A DNA stretch of 64,000 bases from Sedimentisphaerales bacterium (lineage in GTDB: Bacteria > Planctomycetota > Phycisphaerae > Sedimentisphaerales > Anaerobacaceae): contig OY970194.1 in the NCBI GenBank assembly GCA_963708075.1, forward strand, positions 4,896,001-4,960,000. Reading direction: 5' to 3'. Numbering within the stretch: position 1 is the first letter of the stretch; each line of letters starts with the position of its first letter. The notes below the pieces were generated by a model. The model was not told the DNA's origin and made no database searches. It worked only from the letters and a program-made list of their open reading frames with translations. This document shows positions 58,768 to 64,000 of this stretch, piece after piece. A program made the position numbers and the translations under genes.

Positions 58768-60380
58768 TCCTGTACAACAGTCCACAGCCGTCCGGTCATG
58801 GCCAAGTCTTTGCTGAGAGCGAGGCGGGTGTTCTGGCCGAAGCAGGGGCCGTTGGCTCGGCTCTGGACAAGCTGCGGATTCCGCACCGGGCGGTAGGCGT
58901 GCGATGGTTCAGCGAGTTGCCCGCCGTCCTGGCTGCCGCGGATGAGCCGGTGGTCTTCAATCTCGTCGAAGGCTTCTGGACGGACGCGGGACAGGCAACC
59001 CTGGTTCCGACCGTCATACACAGCTTCGGCAAGGCCTGCACGGGCAATGATACGAAGGGTCTGCTCTTGTCACTCGACAAATGGCAGAGCAAAGCCCTGC
59101 TTCGGGCCGCAGGGCTTCCTACGCCTCAAGGTCTGATCGTCCAGCCGGGGCAACGCATCCCGGCGAAGGACCTGTTCGACGGTCCTTATATCGTCAAACC
59201 TGTGCAGACCGATGCCAGTGAAGGAATCGATAAGGCCAGCATCGTCCACAAACGCGGCAAGGCCCTGCACGAGGTCGTCCGTCGCATCCACGACCAACTG
59301 GCCCAGCCGGCATTGATCGAGCAGTACATCGACGGACGGGAGTTGAATATCTCCGTAATTTGTCGCGACGGCGAGCCGCAGGTGTTGCCTCTGGCGGAGA
59401 TTGACTTCAGTGCCTTTGAAGCCGGTCGCCCTCGCATCGTGGGATACGAGGCCAAATGGCTTGCGGACAGCTTCGAGTACAACCACACTCCTCGAATCAT
59501 CCCCGCGCCGCTGCCCAAGCGGCTGACTGAGCAGATCCGGGAACTGGCCGTGGCTGCCTGCCGGACACTCGCCTGCCTCGACTATTGCCGCGTGGACTTT
59601 CGCCTCGACAAGGCCAGCCGGCCCTACATCCTGGAGGTCAACGCCAATCCGGATATCTCGCCGGATGCCGGGTTTGCCGCAGCGTTGCAGGCCGCCGGGA
59701 TCTCTTACGAAACCTTCGTGAGACTGAGTATCGACAACGCCCTGGCCCGCGTGCCTCATGAGACTTCACGGCCGACTCGTCCGCGACGGACTCGCACGGC
59801 GAAGGCCCCCGGCGCCCCGGCCATTGAGATCCGCTGGTGCCGGCCCGAGGATCGCCAGGTGGTGCTATCCTTCCTGGCGGAAACGGGTTTCTTCCAGCCC
59901 GGGGAAATCGACATTGCCCGCGAGGTGCTGGATGCGGCGTTGGCCGACGGACCCCAAGGGCATTACCAGTCATTTGTCGCCTGCGTAGAGAGTTCGCAGT
60001 TGTCAGTTCCCAGTTCACAGTCGAGCCACAGCGAGAGCCAACTGTCAACTGACAACCGACAACCGACAACTGCCCCTGAAACGGTCGGCTGGATCTGTTA
60101 TGGCCCGACGCCCTGCACGATCGGGACCTTCGACATCTACTGGATTGGCGTAGCTCCTGCTTGTCAGGGACGAGGCATCGGTCGTGCACTCACGGTCTTT
60201 GCCGAGCAGGCGATTGCTCAGCGAGGCGGCCGGTTGCTGGTCATCGAGACGTCGAGCCGTGAAACGTACCACCCGACCCGGCAATTCTATTTGTCGATGG
60301 GTTACCGTGAGGCAGCACGCATAGCCGACTTCTACGGACCGGCAGACCACAAAGTTGTTCTCGTCAAGGAAGTTGGGTAG
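58740..60380 (+). CDS. Second Ddl-like ATP-grasp ligase fused to a C-terminal GNAT acyltransferase
   Basis: FNLVEG, KPVQTDASEGI, EQYIDGRE, RVDFR, EVNANPD; GNAT YWIGVAPACQGRGIG...ETSS...FY..MGY. Confidence 0.9.
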   Translation: MPRQKISVLILYNSPQPSGHGQVFAESEAGVLAEAGAVGSALDKLRIPHRAVGVRWFSELPAVLAAADEPVVFNLVEGFWTDAGQATLVPTVIHSFGKACTGNDTKGLLLSLDKWQSKALLRAAGLPTPQGLIVQPGQRIPAKDLFDGPYIVKPVQTDASEGIDKASIVHKRGKALHEVVRRIHDQLAQPALIEQYIDGRELNISVICRDGEPQVLPLAEIDFSAFEAGRPRIVGYEAKWLADSFEYNHTPRIIPAPLPKRLTEQIRELAVAACRTLACLDYCRVDFRLDKASRPYILEVNANPDISPDAGFAAALQAAGISYETFVRLSIDNALARVPHETSRPTRPRRTRTAKAPGAPAIEIRWCRPEDRQVVLSFLAETGFFQPGEIDIAREVLDAALADGPQGHYQSFVACVESSQLSVPSSQSSHSESQLSTDNRQPTTAPETVGWICYGPTPCTIGTFDIYWIGVAPACQGRGIGRALTVFAEQAIAQRGGRLLVIETSSRETYHPTRQFYLSMGYREAARIADFYGPADHKVVLVKEVG

Positions 60381-60786
60381 GTGCGCGCAGTCATCTACAC
60401 CCTCCAGGCCATGTCCAGCGACCCCAAAGCCCGCGCGTCGAACGCCCCGCCCCTCTGTCATTTCCGCGAACCCCGTAGGGGCGAATCATCATTCGCCCGC
60501 ATATGTCCGACACGGATGCACACGGATTTCACGGATCCCCACTGATTTCAAACTGACCCCTGATCCCCGCCTCCGCACTCCGCACTCCGCGTCCCGCACC
60601 GGCTCCACTCACCCGCTGAAGATGAAAATAAGGGTTGATCCTCGAACACACTCTGTTTAATAGTATGGTGCCCGGAATTCCGTATACTGAGTGCTCGGAA
60701 GGCCGCGCGATGTAGTCGGGCACCGCTAAATGGGAGATGTCGGATTATTATATATCGGGGTGAAATCCGATTTGGGGGTATCCGCC

Positions 60787-61236
60787 ATGAAGATAGAGTA
60801 CTATCACGCTTCGAAGTACGGCAACGGGGTCATGGTCGCCGAGGAGTTCAAGAAACAGATGGCCGGCAAGGCCGTCACGGTCAATGTTCACCATATCCGT
60901 GATGCCACGCCAAAGGAGCTTCCTCCTGCCGACCTGTACCTGTTCAGCTCACCGGGGCGCTGCGGCAAGCCCATCTGGGGCATGCGCCGCTTCCTCAAGA
61001 AAATGGCGTTGCCGGCAGGGACAAAGTACGCCATCCTGACCACCGAGATGCCAACCCCGGAGGAGCGCACCAAGTGGCAACGCATCCGGCCTGTCATGAC
61101 CGAGCGTCTGCAGGGCAAAGGTCTGGTCAAGGTCGCCGAAGGCAAGGTCCTGGTGACCGGACTCAAGGGCCCGCTGGAGGAGGGCTGGCAGAAGAAGGTG
61201 GAAGCCTTCGCCGCCCAGATCCCGATCCTGCCCTGA
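60787..61236 (+). CDS. Flavodoxin-like protein
   Basis: YHASKYGNG FMN-loop-like motif; ADLYLFSSP; KGPLEEG. Confidence 0.8.
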   Translation: MKIEYYHASKYGNGVMVAEEFKKQMAGKAVTVNVHHIRDATPKELPPADLYLFSSPGRCGKPIWGMRRFLKKMALPAGTKYAILTTEMPTPEERTKWQRIRPVMTERLQGKGLVKVAEGKVLVTGLKGPLEEGWQKKVEAFAAQIPILP

Positions 61237-61290
61237 CGGATGCGCTGCGAACCGAAAGCAGAACCTGATCCTGTTCCCCTCCCCTAGGGT

Positions 61291-61482
61291 TTGTGGAATC
61301 AGGTGCTGATAGCCGAAGAAGGATACGAGGGCAAATACGTGGCGTTGCGCTCGATATCCGACCGAACGGTAGTTGCATCCGGAGACAATCCTGAAACCGT
61401 GATGCAGGAGGCCCGCGAACGAGGAGTAACCAATCCCGTGATCTTTTTCGTCCCAAGCCACGACATCACCCTGGTCTATTGA
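61291..61482 (+). CDS. DUF5678-like small protein
   Basis: YEGKYVAL...VVASG...A...G...PVIFFVP. Confidence 0.7.
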   Translation: MWNQVLIAEEGYEGKYVALRSISDRTVVASGDNPETVMQEARERGVTNPVIFFVPSHDITLVY

Positions 61483-61483
61483 A

Positions 61484-61580
61484 ATGCCGATCAGCGACTT
61501 CCCATTTCTCAAGGCTTCCGACGCGGACCCGACCCCCCCGGCCTTGGCCGGCTGTGCGAATCCAACACTCTGACACGGGC
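61484..61580 (+). pseudogene. 5' remnant of a probable retropepsin-like protease gene
   Basis: ATG just after the DUF5678-like stop gives MPISDFPF..., then PRPWPAVRIQHSDTG after a slip in a C-run; no continuation. Confidence 0.4.
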
Positions 61581-62075
61581 GCGGGAATTGCTCACGTCTC
61601 TCCTCAATGCTCTGTGAGATGGTCACCCGAAGCTGAAACGGGGACCATCATCTATTTCCGCTTTCTCCCGTCTCATTTATCCCTCGGCCTTCGCACCTTC
61701 ATGGCCATCTCCCACATTTCGGCCTCACCACATCTATCCGGCCCACGGCGGGCCGCAACTCTCATTTGTCGTAGCAGTACCAGGGGTGTGTCTCTGGGGA
61801 CTGCCATGCTCGAAACGGGCGGGAGAGACAAGGGCCTTTTTGGGAATGCGGAGTGAAGACGCGGGCGGCGGCGGGACACCGTTCGATTGCGCATTGCGGA
61901 TTGCGGAATGAGGAGGCGGGGATCAGGGATCAGGTTGGCTCCCATGTTCTTACGTTCCTACCTTCTTACCCTCTTACCTTCAGCCGTGCGGGGCGGGGGA
62001 GCGGCGGGACACCGGGCGATTGCGGATTTGGGATGTCGGATTGCGGATTGAGGGGGTGGCGTTTCCGCCGCGTGG

Positions 62076-63731
62076 TTACGTTGGGGGTTGTTTCTTCGGG
62101 ATGGTGGTGGTGTAGTGGTTGGTGATGGGGAGTCGGCGGTCTTTGCCGAAGGCTTTGGGGGTGATTCGGACGCCGGGGGCGGACTGGCGGCGTTTGTACT
62201 CGTTTCGATCGACCATGCGGATGACCCGCTCGACCTCGCGGGCGGGCAGGCCGCAGGCTATCAGCTCCCGCGCGGACTGGTCCTGCTCCACGTAGCCCGT
62301 GATGATCCGGTCGAGCAGGTCGTACTCGGGCAGCGAGTCCTGATCCTTCTGGTTAGGTCGAAGCTCGGCGCTGGGGACCCGCTTGATCACGGCTTCGGGG
62401 ATGACCTCGCGGCCGGCTCGCTGGTTGATGTACGCGGCCAGCTCGTAGATCATCGTCTTGGTGACGTCCTTGATCGGGCCGAAGCCGCCGGCGCTGTCGC
62501 CGTAGAGCGTGCTGTAGCCGACGGAGACCTCGCTCTTGTTGCCGGTGGTCAGGACGAGGGCGCCGAGTTGGTTGCTCAGGGACATGAGGATCATACCGCG
62601 GATGCGGGCCTGGAGGTTCTCGTAGGCGAGGCCCATGTCGTTCCATCGCGGCTCGGCCTTGAGGGACTCGTTGAACGGCGTGAGGATCGGCTCGATGGGG
62701 ATCGTCAGCAGCCGGCAGCCGAGGTTGTCCGAAACGCGTTTGGCGTCGGCGATCGTCTCGGGGCTGTTGAAGCGCGACGGCATCGTGACGCAGATGACAT
62801 TCTGCGGGCCCAGCGCTGCGGCGGCGACGGCGGCGGTGACGGCCGAGTCGATTCCGCCGCTGATGCCCAGCAGGACCTGCGTAAAGCCGTTCTTCTGCGT
62901 GTAGTCGCGCGTGCCCAGAACGAGTGCCTCGTACACTTCTTCGAGCGGGCCCTGCGGCTGGGGGACGGGCGGCTGGAAGGGCTTGACGTACACGCCGCCC
63001 TTACCGAGCTCGATGTCGGCCAGGAGCAGGTCCTCCTCGAAGGCTTTGGCCATGGTGACGATCTTGCCTGTGGAGTCGGCGAGGATGCTGCGGCCGTCGA
63101 AGACCAGCTCGTCCTGGCCGCCGACGAGGTTGCAGTAGGCGACGGCGCCGCCGAAGATGTCGGCACAATCGGCGACGACCTTGCAGCGGGTGAAGATTTT
63201 GTTCATGTGGAAGGGCGAGGCGGAGATGTTGACCATGAGGTCGATCCGGCCGATGCGGTTGAACAGGCGGGCGAGCCACTGCTCGTCCCAGATGTCCTGG
63301 CAGATGGTTACGGCGGTTCGCAGGCCGGCGACGTCGACGACCACCGGCTGATTGCCCGGCAGGAAGTACCGCTGCTCGTCGAAGACGCTGTAGTTGGGCA
63401 ATAGGCCCTTGTGGTAGATGGCGTCGATGCGGCCGTCGCGGATCACGGCGGCGGCGTTGAACAGCTCGCCGTTGGAGTTATCGACGAAGCCAACGACAAG
63501 CGTTTTCTGTGGGCAGGCGGCGACGAGATCATCGAGCGCGGCACGGTTGTCCTCGACGAACTGCTTCTTGTAGACGAGGTCCTCGGGTGGATAGCCGCAG
63601 ATGGCCAGCTCGGGGAACAGCACCAGGTCCGCCCCGGCCGCCACCGCCTGCGACCACATCCGCTTCATCTTCGCGACGTTGCCCGATAAGTCGCCCACCG
63701 TCGCATTGAACTGCCCTACCGCGATGCGCAC
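62076..63731 (-). CDS. nadE: Glutamine-dependent NAD+ synthetase
   Basis: Nitrilase domain (FPEL, KGLLPNY..FDE, TICQD) plus GISGGIDS, NLQARIR, TGNKSE, PSAEL, NEYKRRQ. Confidence 0.96.
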   Translation of the reverse strand: MRIAVGQFNATVGDLSGNVAKMKRMWSQAVAAGADLVLFPELAICGYPPEDLVYKKQFVEDNRAALDDLVAACPQKTLVVGFVDNSNGELFNAAAVIRDGRIDAIYHKGLLPNYSVFDEQRYFLPGNQPVVVDVAGLRTAVTICQDIWDEQWLARLFNRIGRIDLMVNISASPFHMNKIFTRCKVVADCADIFGGAVAYCNLVGGQDELVFDGRSILADSTGKIVTMAKAFEEDLLLADIELGKGGVYVKPFQPPVPQPQGPLEEVYEALVLGTRDYTQKNGFTQVLLGISGGIDSAVTAAVAAAALGPQNVICVTMPSRFNSPETIADAKRVSDNLGCRLLTIPIEPILTPFNESLKAEPRWNDMGLAYENLQARIRGMILMSLSNQLGALVLTTGNKSEVSVGYSTLYGDSAGGFGPIKDVTKTMIYELAAYINQRAGREVIPEAVIKRVPSAELRPNQKDQDSLPEYDLLDRIITGYVEQDQSARELIACGLPAREVERVIRMVDRNEYKRRQSAPGVRITPKAFGKDRRLPITNHYTTTIPKKQPPT

Positions 63732-63880
63732 TGCCAAACTCCAACAATTGAACAAACCCTGCACGAGTCATACGCTGGGGATGAGCGCCTCGTGCATGCG
63801 ACCATTCTACGCCCGCCCGCGGCCACGGCAATACCTTTTGCGCGAGAGCGGATGTCCAGCAGGCTTTTGGGCACTGTGCC

Positions 63881-63974
63881 GGGTGGCAGCGGCAAGCGGA
63901 GTCTTCGGAGCTTGCCGATGGCGTGCATGGATAGACACGAGCCATCGGCAAGCTGGCGCTTGCCGCTGCCACCC
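63881..63974. repeat. Family A palindromic element (variant)
   Basis: GGGTGGCAGCGGCAAGC...GCTTGCCGCTGCCACCC. Confidence 0.85.
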
Positions 63975-64000
63975 ATCACTGTCCATCTGAAAAGGCCAGA

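Noticed and set aside
57703..59740. Housekeeping ddl genes or a Van-type resistance cluster
   Set aside because: They lack the N-terminal GGxSxE motif of Ddl, have no dcw or vanH/vanX context, and are coupled to kamA and a GNAT.

Overview
A GC-rich bacterial chromosomal window. Its gene repertoire (zf-HC2 Ser/Thr kinase, GLUG protein, VPAPG-type PEP-CTERM proteins, H-X9-DG domain, PQQ beta-propeller) suggests Planctomycetota, probably Phycisphaerae/Sedimentisphaerales; this is an inference. Housekeeping and metabolic genes are murA, a purF-like gene, a fusA paralog, mtnP, queG, nadE, namZ and a CoA-disulfide reductase fusion. They are interspersed with visibly lower-GC accessory blocks. (i) A ~2-kb islet (2.7-4.65 kb) carries a promoter with a palindromic operator, a boxA, a ~600-nt leader with repeated Shine-Dalgarno/start-stop minigenes, an orphan gene and an XRE regulator. 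(ii) A C-R-M type II restriction-modification system has an M.PvuII-like methyltransferase. (iii) A TIR-STAND-TPR gene lies next to a complete IS630. (iv) An Alw26I/Eco31I-type m6A plus permuted m5C methyltransferase pair is joined to a DUF3883-like nuclease and Vsr. (v) A KamA-ATP-grasp-ATP-grasp/GNAT cluster may make a beta-amino-acid peptide. Intergenic DNA is dense with palindromic repeat families: GTAG-REPs, GGGTGGCAGCG elements, a 183-bp MITE, and 7-/9-mer-arm hairpins, two of which sit in frame inside genes. Several single-base frameshifts in conserved genes probably reflect sequencing or assembly errors. All calls come from reading motifs by eye; no database searches were run.
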